Assembly (NCBI GenBank): GCA_044359525.1 | Contig: JBIKLY010000006.1 | Location: 370 to 64,369 of the forward strand | DNA from: Rhodocyclaceae bacterium | GTDB taxonomy: Bacteria; Pseudomonadota; Gammaproteobacteria; Burkholderiales; Rhodocyclaceae | Direction of reading: 5' to 3' | DNA length: 64,000 nucleotides | In this document: positions 52,077 to 61,823 of the stretch, piece after piece | How positions within the stretch are numbered: position 1 is the first letter of the stretch | Layout: the number at the start of each line of letters is the position of its first letter | The notes under the pieces: model-generated | Seen by the model: the letters and a program-made list of their open reading frames with translations, nothing else | Databases searched by the model: none | What the model was told of the DNA's origin: nothing | Made by a program: the position numbers and the translations under genes

Positions 52077-53441
52077 TTGGCCTTGTCTTCCCACCCTCTT
52101 TCTTCCTCGCCCCCGTCACGCTTTTCCCGCGTGCGCAAAGTTTCGGTGAGCGACGCTGCCGAGCCCTTGCGACAGTCAGCGCCTTTGCCTGTTGATTCGC
52201 TCGGCTGGAGTCTTTTGCTTGCCGCACGCGCCATAGCGGCGGTACGCGACGGGAAAAGTCTCACCGAAGCCTTGCTGGCGCTGCACAAAGAGCCAACTGC
52301 GGCCCGCGCGGCGGCGCAAGACGTGGCGTATGGCGTGCTGCGTCGCTACGGGTGGGGTGACTTCGTTCTTGGCCGTTTGCTGGAAAAGCCGCTGACCCAT
52401 CCGGAGACGCACGCCTTGTTGCTGGCGGCTCTCTATCGCCTCGAAACCCGCCCCGAAGCGACACATACCGTGGTTGATCAGGCCGTTGTCGCCGCCGGTG
52501 AGTTGGCTGGGGGTGTCTTCAAAGGGCTGGTCAATGGCGTGCTGCGTAATTTTTTGCGGCAGCGCGAGGCCTTGCTTGCCGCGGCGGTAGCGGATGATCA
52601 GGCGTCGCAGCAGCATCCCGCATGGTGGCTGGCCAGATTGCGCCGTGCCTATCCGCAGGATTGGCAGCGTATTGTGGCGGCCGGTAACAGTCAGCCGCCA
52701 ATGAGCTTGCGCGTCAACCAGCGACGGCTTTCATCTGCCGAATATCTGGTCCGTCTTGAGCTTGCCGGGCACACGGCTCGACTGCTAGGCAAGCGTGGTG
52801 TGCAGTTGCAAAAGCCACTTTCGGTTGAGGCGCTGCCCGGTTTTTTTGACGGGCTGGTTTCGGTCCAGGATGCAGGGGCCCAACGGGCCGCTGAATTGCT
52901 CGATCCGTCACCGGGTGCCTATGTGCTTGACGCGTGTGCCGCGCCGGGCGGTAAAACGGCCCACCTGCTTGAGCAGGCTGATCTCGATTTGCTGGCACTG
53001 GATGTCGATGCGGTTCGCGCGCGTCGCATCGAAGAAAATCTGCAGCGACTGGGGCTGACAGCCACAATACGCGTGGCCGATTGCAGTGCGGTCGGGCAAT
53101 GGTGGGATGGTCGTTTGTTCGATGCTATTCTGGCTGATGTGCCCTGCTCTGCTTCCGGCGTTGTACGGCGTCATCCGGACATCAAGTGGCTGCGGCGCGA
53201 GGGCGATATCCGGCGTTTCGCACAGACACAAACCGTAATTCTTGACGCTCTGTGGCCTCTGCTCAAGCCCGGTGGAAAGCTGCTCTACGCAACCTGCTCG
53301 GTGTTTCCCGAGGAGAATGGTGCGCAAATCGACGCTTTCCTTGTTCGCCAGGCGAATGCCGAGTGCTTGCGGACGGAGCAACTATTGCCACTCGAAGAAC
53401 ACGATGGTTTTTACTATGCGCTGTTGCGGAAAGCTGCTTAG
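52077..53441 (+). CDS. rsmB: 16S rRNA (cytosine967-C5)-methyltransferase RsmB (Sun)
   Basis: NusB-like N-domain and SAM motif LDACAAPGGKT, with DAILADVPCSASGVVRRHPD and LLYATCSVFPEEN. The start is uncertain: TTG 52077 is only 35 bp from the divergent CDF gene, and GTG 52146 is possible. Confidence 0.9.
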   Translation: MALSSHPLSSSPPSRFSRVRKVSVSDAAEPLRQSAPLPVDSLGWSLLLAARAIAAVRDGKSLTEALLALHKEPTAARAAAQDVAYGVLRRYGWGDFVLGRLLEKPLTHPETHALLLAALYRLETRPEATHTVVDQAVVAAGELAGGVFKGLVNGVLRNFLRQREALLAAAVADDQASQQHPAWWLARLRRAYPQDWQRIVAAGNSQPPMSLRVNQRRLSSAEYLVRLELAGHTARLLGKRGVQLQKPLSVEALPGFFDGLVSVQDAGAQRAAELLDPSPGAYVLDACAAPGGKTAHLLEQADLDLLALDVDAVRARRIEENLQRLGLTATIRVADCSAVGQWWDGRLFDAILADVPCSASGVVRRHPDIKWLRREGDIRRFAQTQTVILDALWPLLKPGGKLLYATCSVFPEENGAQIDAFLVRQANAECLRTEQLLPLEEHDGFYYALLRKAA

Positions 53442-54009
53442 ATCCCTGTTTTGCGGCGTCGTGATGCTGCTGGCTTCGCTGCCGGTCCTGGCGGGAGAGG
53501 TGGAAATTCGCAACCCGCAGCTGGTCATTGACGACGATACCTATCTTCTCACCGCCGATTTTGGCCTTGATTTCAACGCGCGTCTGGAAGAAGCCGTTAC
53601 CAAAGGCGTCATACTTTATTTTCTTACCGAATTCGAGCTCACTCGACCGCGCTGGTATTGGCTTGACGAAAAAGTCGTCAGCCGCAGTCAAACCTTCCGT
53701 CTTTCCTACCACGCGTTGACACGTCAGTACCGCCTGTCGACCGGCGCCCTGCATCAGAGTTTTGAGACGCTTGATGAAACCTTGCGCATGCTTTCGCGCC
53801 TGCGCAACTGGAGCGTGCTTGAAAAAACTTCGGTCAAGGCAAATGAAACCTACCTGGCTGGTCTGCGTATGCGCCTCGATTTGACACAGATGCCGAAGAC
53901 TTTCCAGGTAACGGCAATTGCCAACCGGGACTGGAATCTCGCTTCTGACTGGGTTCGCTGGAGCTTCGTGCCGGAAGACGGCAAAACAACGGCAGTCGAG
54001 AGCAAATGA
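53416..54009 (+). CDS. DUF4390 domain protein (secreted)
   Basis: ATG 53416, with the signal-like LLRSLFCGVVMLLASLPVLAG. Conserved position between rsmB and ntrY. The 5' part of ORF 53242 overlaps rsmB and is rejected. Confidence 0.75.
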   Translation: MRCCGKLLRSLFCGVVMLLASLPVLAGEVEIRNPQLVIDDDTYLLTADFGLDFNARLEEAVTKGVILYFLTEFELTRPRWYWLDEKVVSRSQTFRLSYHALTRQYRLSTGALHQSFETLDETLRMLSRLRNWSVLEKTSVKANETYLAGLRMRLDLTQMPKTFQVTAIANRDWNLASDWVRWSFVPEDGKTTAVESK

Positions 54010-56147
54010 AGTACCTTGTTATTGCCGCTGCGTCTTTTGGTGGCATTCTGCTTTTTCTGCTGGCTTCGGCGAGCGCCAATACCGCGCTGTTTGCCCGTCA
54101 CTATCCCTGGTTGCTGGGCCTGAATGCGGTGGTTGCACTATCGCTGCTTGGCCTTGTTGCCTGGCAGGTTCGGGCGCTCTGGCGTGATCACCGGGCCAAG
54201 GTCTTTGGTTCCCGTCTCAAGCTCCGGCTGATGTTGATGTTCGGGCTGATGGCGGTGCTTCCCGGCGTGCTCGTTTATGCTGTCTCGGTGCAGTTTGTTA
54301 CCAAAAGTATCGAAACCTGGTTTGATGTACGCGTTGAGAAAGCGCTGGAGTCCGGCCTCAATCTCGGGCGTAGCGCACTCGATTATCTGCTCGCCGATTT
54401 GTCTGACAAGGGGCATGGCATGGCCCTTGAACTTGGCGACCGCCCCGACTCGCAACGTCGTGTCACGCTCAATCGCCTGCGTGAGCAAAGCGGCGTGCAG
54501 GCCGCCGCTCTGTTTACCAATGATGGCCAGTTGATGGCCAGCTCAACCGGGGAACTCGCCTCCCTGTTACCGCCTCTTCCCTCCCCGGCCCAGTTGCGCC
54601 AGGCGCGCAGCGGGCGTGGCTACAGTGTGATCGAGGGCGAGGCCGGCAAGGAATTGCTGTTGCGTGTGTTGATTCCAGTCAGCCCGCTGGGTTTGGCCAG
54701 CGAGCCGCGCATTCTCCAACTGACCCAGCCTGTTCCGGCCAATCTGACGCAGAATGCCGAGAGCGTCGAAGCGGTTTATCGCGACTATCAGGAGCTTTCA
54801 CTTGGTCGTGAAGGCCTCACCCGCATTTATGCCATGACCTTGACCCTGACCGTGCTGCTGGCCCTGTTCACTGCGTTTGCCCTGGCTTTCGTGCTGGCAC
54901 GCCGTCTGTCGGCACCACTTTCCATTCTCGCCGAAGGAACACAAGCGGTCGCTGCCGGCGATTTCACGCCACGGCAGGCGATCTACAGTCGTGATGAACT
55001 CGGTGTGTTGACGCAGTCTTTTAGCCAGATGACACGCCAGCTTGATGACGCCCGGCGCGAAACCGAGCGTCATCGTGCCGAAGTCGAATCGGCGCGCGCT
55101 TACCTCGAGTCGATCCTTGCCAACCTGTCAGCCGGCGTGCTCGTCTTTGATCGTCGTTTTGTCCTGCGCACGGCCAATGAAGGTGCGCTTAATATACTCA
55201 ACGATGATTTCAGAAGCCTGCTTGACGAAGCCGTTGAAGCCTGGTCACGCCAGCAGGTACTCGGCCGGGTGATCAGGGACGCGTTTGCCGAGCATGCTGG
55301 CAAAGAGTGGCAGACGCAGATTGAGCTTGACCGCCCGGGCGGCTTGCCGCAAATACTACTGTTGCGCGGTACGCAATTGCCCGAGGGCTCAAGCGGCGGT
55401 TACGTCGTTGTGTTTGATGACGTAACCCGGCTGATTGCCGCCCAGCGCAGTGCGGCCTGGGGCGAAGTTGCACGGCGTCTGGCGCATGAGATCAAAAATC
55501 CGCTAACCCCGATCCAGCTTTCTGCCGAGCGTTTGCAGATGAAGTTATCCGGCAAACTGACTGGACCCGATAGCGAGATGCTTGACCGTTCGACCCAGAC
55601 CATCATCAATCAGGTGCAGGCGATGAAGCGCATGGTCGATGATTTTAGCGATTACGCCCGCATGCCGTTGCCTGAGCTGGCAGTTCTGGATCTGAATGCG
55701 CTGGTTGGCGAGGTGCTGGGCCTATATGAAACTTCGCGTGCCACCATAGATGTCAGCCTGAGCCCTGGCCTGACGCCGATATGGGGCGACGTGACACAGC
55801 TGCGACAGATAATCCACAACCTCCTGCGTAACGCTGAAGATGCCCAGGAAAATGTCGACGTACCGCAAATAGGAATCGTCACTCAATCGGCGAATGGTTT
55901 TGCCGAGCTCAAGGTCAGCGATGCCGGGCCGGGTTTCCCCCCGGAGATCATGGCCCGTGTTTTCGAGCCTTATGTAACCACAAAAGTCCGTGGCACCGGA
56001 CTCGGGCTGGCCATCGTCAAGAAAATTGTCGATGAACATCACGGCTGCATCAATATCGCCAATCGTCAACCTGCCGGTGCTGAAGTCAGCATCTGGCTGC
56101 CATTGGCGCCCTTATCAACTTCAACCGACATTCCTACCGAGACCTGA
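54006..56147 (+). CDS. ntrY: Sensor histidine kinase NtrY-like (TM-HAMP-PAS-HisKA-HATPase)
   Basis: Four N-terminal TM segments, HAMP (PLSILAEGTQAVAAGDF), H-box RRLAHEIKNPLTPIQL, N-box NLLRNAED and G-boxes DAGPGF / GTGLGLAIV. Confidence 0.9.
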   Translation: MKYLVIAAASFGGILLFLLASASANTALFARHYPWLLGLNAVVALSLLGLVAWQVRALWRDHRAKVFGSRLKLRLMLMFGLMAVLPGVLVYAVSVQFVTKSIETWFDVRVEKALESGLNLGRSALDYLLADLSDKGHGMALELGDRPDSQRRVTLNRLREQSGVQAAALFTNDGQLMASSTGELASLLPPLPSPAQLRQARSGRGYSVIEGEAGKELLLRVLIPVSPLGLASEPRILQLTQPVPANLTQNAESVEAVYRDYQELSLGREGLTRIYAMTLTLTVLLALFTAFALAFVLARRLSAPLSILAEGTQAVAAGDFTPRQAIYSRDELGVLTQSFSQMTRQLDDARRETERHRAEVESARAYLESILANLSAGVLVFDRRFVLRTANEGALNILNDDFRSLLDEAVEAWSRQQVLGRVIRDAFAEHAGKEWQTQIELDRPGGLPQILLLRGTQLPEGSSGGYVVVFDDVTRLIAAQRSAAWGEVARRLAHEIKNPLTPIQLSAERLQMKLSGKLTGPDSEMLDRSTQTIINQVQAMKRMVDDFSDYARMPLPELAVLDLNALVGEVLGLYETSRATIDVSLSPGLTPIWGDVTQLRQIIHNLLRNAEDAQENVDVPQIGIVTQSANGFAELKVSDAGPGFPPEIMARVFEPYVTTKVRGTGLGLAIVKKIVDEHHGCINIANRQPAGAEVSIWLPLAPLSTSTDIPTET

Positions 56148-56149
56148 CC

Positions 56150-57409
56150 ATGGCACATATTCTGGTCGTCGATGACGAAATGGGCATCCGCGAGTTGCTA
56201 TCCGAGATTCTTGCTGACGAAGGGCATACCGTCTGGCTGGCCGAGCATGCCGCTGCAGCGCGCAAAATTCGCAGCGATAAACGCCCGGATCTCGTGCTCC
56301 TCGATATCTGGATGCCTGATACCGATGGCATATCCTTGCTTAAGGAGTGGTCAGCCAGCGGGCTGCTGACTATGCCGGTGGTCATGATGTCAGGCCATGG
56401 CACGATTGATACGGCAGTCGAAGCGACGCGTATTGGGGCGATCGATTTCCTCGAAAAACCGATCGCCCTGCAGAAGCTGCTGGCGACGGTGAAAAAGGCG
56501 CTCAAGCACGAGACCGTGCCACACAAGCCGCCCCTTACGCTCGATGCCTTTGCCCGTTCGCCGCTCCTGAAAGATCTCAAGAAGCGTCTTGAACAAGCTG
56601 CCGCGAAGAATCCGGTGCTATTACTCAAGAGCGCTTCCGGCAGCATGGCCGAAATTTGTGCGCGCACCTTGCAGGCGCCGCAAACACCGTGGCTTGACCT
56701 CTCGGCCTCAAGCGCTCCTTTGACGCAGGAGATGTTGCAAAAGGCCGGCGGAGGCATTTTGTTTATTTCGGATCTGATGCTGCTTGGCAAGCTGCAGCAG
56801 ATGAACCTGGTTTTTGCACTGGAGCGACTGGAAAAAAACAATCTGCAGCTGGTCGCGGCTTCTACGCGCTCGCTCTCAGCACTCACCGAAGCGGGCTGGG
56901 ATGCGACGCTGGTCGCTCGTCTTGGTGAAGTATGGGTGGCCCTGCCGCAACTCGCCGGCCATCCTGATGACGTCCCGGAAATTGCCTCGCTGGTGCTTGG
57001 CCATCTTGCTGAACGTGGTGATGTGCCCTTGCGACACTTTTCCAGCGGTGCGCTCAACGCGCTGCGCATGCATCGCTGGCAGGGCGAATGGGTTGAGCTG
57101 CTGGCGACAGTAAAGAATCTCGCTTTGTCAGCGCTCGAAGAAGAAATTTCGGCTGAAGATGTGGCCAATGTATTGCAGCGCGATGTCAGTGAAGCGCCGG
57201 CGCAGCCGTTGGCGCTACCGATGTTCGACCAGCCTTTGCGCGACGCGCGCGAAGCGTTCGAGCGCCTCTATTTTGAGCACCATCTGAAAAGCGAGCGCGG
57301 CAACATGACGCGCGTTGCGGAAAAAACCGGGTTGGAGCGCACCCATCTATACCGTAAGCTAAAACAATTGGGCTTGAATCTGGGACGGCGCAGCGAAGAG
57401 CGCGAATAA
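56150..57409 (+). CDS. ntrX: NtrX-like response regulator (REC + degenerate AAA+ + Fis-type HTH)
   Basis: REC ILVVDDEMGIR...LDIWMPDTDG and the C-terminal HTH GNMTRVAEKTGLERTHLYRKLK. The central domain lacks a Walker A lysine and GAFTGA. Confidence 0.88.
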   Translation: MAHILVVDDEMGIRELLSEILADEGHTVWLAEHAAAARKIRSDKRPDLVLLDIWMPDTDGISLLKEWSASGLLTMPVVMMSGHGTIDTAVEATRIGAIDFLEKPIALQKLLATVKKALKHETVPHKPPLTLDAFARSPLLKDLKKRLEQAAAKNPVLLLKSASGSMAEICARTLQAPQTPWLDLSASSAPLTQEMLQKAGGGILFISDLMLLGKLQQMNLVFALERLEKNNLQLVAASTRSLSALTEAGWDATLVARLGEVWVALPQLAGHPDDVPEIASLVLGHLAERGDVPLRHFSSGALNALRMHRWQGEWVELLATVKNLALSALEEEISAEDVANVLQRDVSEAPAQPLALPMFDQPLRDAREAFERLYFEHHLKSERGNMTRVAEKTGLERTHLYRKLKQLGLNLGRRSEERE

Positions 57410-57441
57410 GCGATCCGACAAGGCCCAATCAGGAGAATTAA

Positions 57442-58872
57442 ATGAAAATTGTGATTCTCGGCGCCGGCCAGGTTGGTGCCAGCGTTGCCGAAAGCCTTGT
57501 CTCCGAAGACAATGACATCACCATTGTCGATCGTGACCCGGTGCGTTTGGCTTACCTTCAGGATCGCCTGGATCTGCGTACCGTGACCGGTAACGCCGCG
57601 TATCCGTCAACGCTGCGCGATGCCGGGGCGGAAGACGCTGATCTGCTGATTGCCGTCACGGAAAGCGATCAAACCAATCTCGTGGCCTGCAAGATCGCCC
57701 ATAGCGTCTTCAATGTGCCCAAACGCATCGCCCGGCTGCGGTCAGCCGACTTTCTGGAGAGCGAAACCTTGCTTTCGCCAGAGAACTTTGCCGTGGACTT
57801 TGCGATTTGTCCGGAACAGGTGATCACCGACTACATCATCCGGTTGATCGAGTTCCCCGAGGCGCTGCAAGTGCTTTCCTTTGCCAAGGGACGCCTCGCA
57901 TTGGTTGCCGTGCGCGCCTATTCAGGCGGCCTGCTGGTTGGCAAACCAATCAAGGAAATGCGCGAGCACCTGTCGGGCGGTGTTGACGCCCGGATCGCCG
58001 CTATTTTTCGTCGCGACCGGCCAATCCCACCGACTGGCGATACGCTGATCGAGGATGGTGACGAGGTTTTTTTGTTGGCTGCCGAGGAGCATATTCGGCC
58101 TGCCCTGCGCGAAATGCGGCGAATGCTGACCCCGGTTCAGCGCGTCATGATTGCCGGCGGCGGAAATGTTGGTCTGCGGGTCGCGCAAGCGCTCGAAAAG
58201 AATTATGAGGTCAAGGTCGTGGAAGGTGGGTGGCAGCGTGCCGAAGTTCTCGCCAATACCCTGAAGTCCTCGCTGGTGCTGTGCGGCGAAGTGACGGATG
58301 AGGATCTGTTGCAACAGGAAGCGATCGACGAGATGGATCTCTTCCTGGCGCTGACCAACGACGATGAAGATAACATCATGGCCGCCTCGCTGGCCAAACG
58401 TCTCGGCTGCAAGCGCGTGGTCGCCCTGATCAATCGCCGCGCCTATGCTGATCTGGTGCAGGGCGGGCCGATCGACATTGCCATTTCACCGGCGCAAGTT
58501 TCGATCGGGACATTGCTTGCCCACGTCCGGCACGGCGACGTGGCGCAGGTGCACAGTCTGCGGCGCGGTGCGGCGGAAGCGCTGGAAATCGTGGTGCATG
58601 GCGACGAGAAGAGCTCGAAAGTGGTCGGCAGGCGGATTGGTGATTTGCCGGTGATTCCGGGCGCAATCATCGCCGCCATCGTGCGCAACCTTGATAAGCT
58701 TGAAGACATCCGCTACCGGGGAATGGCGATGGAGAAGCGCAAGGGGCACGTGGTGATCGGTCATAAAGATGAAGTGATTCAGACCGACGACCATGTGATA
58801 ATTTTTTGCATGAACAAAAAAGTCGTCAAAAAAGTGGAAAAGCTCTTCGAAGTCGGCTTCCACTTTTTCTGA
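57442..58872 (+). CDS. trkA: Trk potassium uptake system protein TrkA
   Basis: Two RCK/NAD-binding repeats (MKIVILGAGQVG and VMIAGGGNVG). Confidence 0.95.
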   Translation: MKIVILGAGQVGASVAESLVSEDNDITIVDRDPVRLAYLQDRLDLRTVTGNAAYPSTLRDAGAEDADLLIAVTESDQTNLVACKIAHSVFNVPKRIARLRSADFLESETLLSPENFAVDFAICPEQVITDYIIRLIEFPEALQVLSFAKGRLALVAVRAYSGGLLVGKPIKEMREHLSGGVDARIAAIFRRDRPIPPTGDTLIEDGDEVFLLAAEEHIRPALREMRRMLTPVQRVMIAGGGNVGLRVAQALEKNYEVKVVEGGWQRAEVLANTLKSSLVLCGEVTDEDLLQQEAIDEMDLFLALTNDDEDNIMAASLAKRLGCKRVVALINRRAYADLVQGGPIDIAISPAQVSIGTLLAHVRHGDVAQVHSLRRGAAEALEIVVHGDEKSSKVVGRRIGDLPVIPGAIIAAIVRNLDKLEDIRYRGMAMEKRKGHVVIGHKDEVIQTDDHVIIFCMNKKVVKKVEKLFEVGFHFF

Positions 58873-58881
58873 AAAACGGTC

Positions 58882-60336
58882 ATGCAGCGCTACTACCCCG
58901 TTATCCGCGTTCTTTCCCTGGTCATCTTCATGTTCGGCCTGACCATGCTGCTGCCGCTCGGGTTGTCGTGGGCCATGCAGGATGGCGCAGAGGGCGCTTT
59001 CGACGAAGCCATTCTGCTGACGCTCGGTACGGGCCTCGGCCTGTGGTACGCAACACGTAACGAAAAACGTGACCTGACGATTCGCGATGGCTTCCTGATG
59101 GTTGCGCTGGTGTGGACGGTGTTGCCGATCTACGCTTCCCTGCCGCTGATCATCCAGATTGACGCGAGCTTTACCGATGCCTATTTCGAAGCCGTTTCCG
59201 GTCTCACGACAACCGGGGCAACGGTCTTTGAGGGGCTCGACAACATGCCGATCTCGATCAACTTCTGGCGGACCCAACTGGTCTGGCTGGGCGGCATGGG
59301 GCTGATCGTGCTCGCTGTGGCGATCCTGCCGCTGCTCGGTATTGGCGGCCGGCAGATGTTCAAGGCCGAGACACCCGGGCCGATGAAGGATTCAAAGATG
59401 ACGCCGCGCCTGGCCCAGACGGCAAAGGGGCTGTGGGTGGTTTATTCCTTGATCACCATTTGCTGCATCCTGAGCTTTCGCTGGGCCGGCATGACCTGGC
59501 TGGACGCCATCATGCATTCGTTTTCGACCATGGGTCTGGGCGGATTTTCCAGCCATGATGCAAGTTTTGGCTATTTCGACTCGCCGGCCATTGAAGCCGT
59601 CTGCATTTTCTTCATGTTGCTTGCCGGGATGAACTTTGCGACACACTTCGTGGCGCTTTCCGGTCGCTCGTTTCGCCCCTATATCCATGATCCCGAGGCC
59701 AAATGGTTTCTGATCGTGACTATTGGCAGCGTCGTCGGCATCGCCATTTTTCTTGATGTACACGGGGTCTATTCCGGCTTTTCCGAAGCCTTGCGCTTCT
59801 CGGCGTTCAATGTCGTCTCAATTGCCACGACGACCGGTTTTGCCAATACCGATTACAACCTGTGGCCGTTCTTTGCGCCGCTGTGGATGTTGTTCCTGTG
59901 CAGTTTCGCGACCAGCGCCGGATCAACGGGCGGTGGCATCAAGATGATCCGCGCCATGCTGCTCTACAAGCAGGTTTACCGCGAGTTGATCCGTGCCATG
60001 CATCCGAACGCCGTGCATCCGGTCAAAATAGGCACCACCGTGATGCCGAACAACATCCTGTTCGCCGTGTTGGCCTTCGCTTTCATGTACATGGTCAGCA
60101 TTGTCACAATGACGCTGGTTCTGTCGTTCAGCGGTCTGGAAATCATCACCGCATTTTCCGCCGTGGTTGCCAGCATCAACAATACCGGCCCCGGGCTGAA
60201 TCAGGTCGGGCCGGCCGCCAATTTCGGGGTGTTGACTGACTTTCAGACCTGGGTATGCACCTTCGCCATGCTCCTTGGCCGCCTTGAAATATTCACCCTT
60301 TTGGTGGTCATGACGCCGGCCTTCTGGCGCAAGTAG
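58882..60336 (+). CDS. trkH: Trk system potassium transporter TrkH
   Basis: 484-aa polytopic protein with TTTGAT/TTGF selectivity-filter-like loops. It follows trkA. Confidence 0.95.
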   Translation: MQRYYPVIRVLSLVIFMFGLTMLLPLGLSWAMQDGAEGAFDEAILLTLGTGLGLWYATRNEKRDLTIRDGFLMVALVWTVLPIYASLPLIIQIDASFTDAYFEAVSGLTTTGATVFEGLDNMPISINFWRTQLVWLGGMGLIVLAVAILPLLGIGGRQMFKAETPGPMKDSKMTPRLAQTAKGLWVVYSLITICCILSFRWAGMTWLDAIMHSFSTMGLGGFSSHDASFGYFDSPAIEAVCIFFMLLAGMNFATHFVALSGRSFRPYIHDPEAKWFLIVTIGSVVGIAIFLDVHGVYSGFSEALRFSAFNVVSIATTTGFANTDYNLWPFFAPLWMLFLCSFATSAGSTGGGIKMIRAMLLYKQVYRELIRAMHPNAVHPVKIGTTVMPNNILFAVLAFAFMYMVSIVTMTLVLSFSGLEIITAFSAVVASINNTGPGLNQVGPAANFGVLTDFQTWVCTFAMLLGRLEIFTLLVVMTPAFWRK

Positions 60337-60395
60337 ACGATAAAAGGCGATAATTACGCCTTCCCAGCGAATTCCCCTTTCCGGCGGAGCAAAAC

Positions 60396-61472
60396 GTGAC
60401 CCGACCCCGCAACGACAATTTCCTGCGCGCCCTGCTCAAGGAGCCGACCGACCATACGCCCTTGTGGCTGATGCGTCAGGCCGGCCGCTATTTACCCGAG
60501 TACTGCGAAACGCGCAAACGTGCCGGCAGCTTCCTGCAGTTGTGCAAGAATCCCGCGATGGCTTGCGAGGTGACCTTGCAGCCGCTCGCCCGCTATGACC
60601 TGGATGCGGCGATCCTGTTTTCCGACATTCTGACCGTTCCCGATGCGATGGGTCTGGGCCTTTACTTCACCGAAGGCGAAGGGCCGAAATTCGAGCGTCC
60701 GCTGCGCGAGGAATGGGCGATTCGCGATCTGACCGTCCCCGATCCTTACGATCATCTGCGCTATGTGATGGACGGCGTTTCCGAAATCCGCCGTGCGCTG
60801 GATAATTCGGTGCCCCTGATCGGCTTTTCAGGCAGCCCTTATACGCTTGCCTGTTACATGGTCGAAGGCGCTTCGAGCAGCGATTATCGCCACGTCAAGA
60901 CCATGATGTACGACCGGCCGGATCTGATGCATCGAATCCTGTCGGTGACTGCAGACGCAGTGATCGCTTACTTGAACGCCCAGATCGAATCCGGCGCACA
61001 GGCCGTGATGATTTTCGATTCCTGGGGAGGTGGCCTTTCGGCGGCGGCCTATCAGGAGTTTTCGCTGCACTACATGCGGCGTATCGTCGCCGGCCTGATC
61101 AAGGAAAAAGACGGCGAGCGCATCCCGTCGATTGTTTTCACCAAAGGCGGCGGTCTGTGGCTGGAGTCGATTGCCGATATCGGTTGCGACGCAATCGGTC
61201 TCGACTGGACGATCGATATCGGCGAGGCGCGCCGACGCGTGGGCGACAAGGTGGCCTTGCAGGGCAACCTTGATCCGAACGTGTTGTTCGCTTCCCCCGA
61301 TAAAATCGCGGCTGAAACGAAAAAAGTGCTCGACAGCTACGGTTCGGGTGACACCGGCCACGTGTTCAATCTGGGGCACGGCATTTCGCAGTTTACGCCG
61401 CCGGATCATGTCACGACGCTGGTCAATACCGTGCACGAGTACAGCAAAACACTGCGCAGCAAGGCAAAATAA
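60396..61472 (+). CDS. hemE: Uroporphyrinogen decarboxylase
   Basis: GTG start. [20 protein letters not shown] and FDSWGG motifs. Confidence 0.96.
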   Translation: MTRPRNDNFLRALLKEPTDHTPLWLMRQAGRYLPEYCETRKRAGSFLQLCKNPAMACEVTLQPLARYDLDAAILFSDILTVPDAMGLGLYFTEGEGPKFERPLREEWAIRDLTVPDPYDHLRYVMDGVSEIRRALDNSVPLIGFSGSPYTLACYMVEGASSSDYRHVKTMMYDRPDLMHRILSVTADAVIAYLNAQIESGAQAVMIFDSWGGGLSAAAYQEFSLHYMRRIVAGLIKEKDGERIPSIVFTKGGGLWLESIADIGCDAIGLDWTIDIGEARRRVGDKVALQGNLDPNVLFASPDKIAAETKKVLDSYGSGDTGHVFNLGHGISQFTPPDHVTTLVNTVHEYSKTLRSKAK

Positions 61473-61657
61473 ATTTTGCCTCTCCTGTTGACTTATCAAC
61501 AGAATTTGCTTCGCTGTCGTAAAACTGTAGCAAGTTTCAAACAAATCATAGGTATAGGCTTAAGCCAATGATTTTTAAAGATTATTTTCGTGCTCTTTTT
61601 TGCGGCAAAGTGTTAAAAACCCTTGCAGGGACGGGGCTTGGGAAGAAATTTGGTGAT

Positions 61658-61678
61658 TCATCCACAGACTTATCCACA
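61658..61678. promoter_or_regulatory. Tandem DnaA boxes (TcATCCACA, TTATCCACA) in the hemE-priA gap
   Basis: 61658-61666 has 1 mismatch and 61670-61678 is perfect. Both are in the same orientation, 3 nt apart. A weak third box TGTGaAcAA lies at about 61684. An AT-rich tract AATGATTTTTAAAGATTATTTT lies about 60 bp upstream. Confidence 0.5.
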
Positions 61679-61823
61679 GAAATTGTGAACAACTATAAAA
61701 GTCTAGCTGGGTGAATGAGTTACGTGATTTTCCAAGAACCGGCGCGAGCTTTGCGAGCTAACTGAGCCGCGTAAATATTGGCTTTTAGCCACTTTCTATA
61801 TCGAACGTCATAGACAGGCCCCG

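Noticed and set aside
56134-57168. 344-aa minus-strand ORF, Ser/Ala/Arg-rich
   Set aside because: It is antisense to ntrX and low-complexity.
61485-61502. CTGTTGA-ctta-TCAACAG, which superficially resembles an FNR/CRP-like TTGA...TCAA box
   Set aside because: The spacing is wrong for FNR/CRP (TTGAT-N4-ATCAA). Its position 13 nt after the hemE stop fits a simple terminator hairpin better, although the T-tract is weak.
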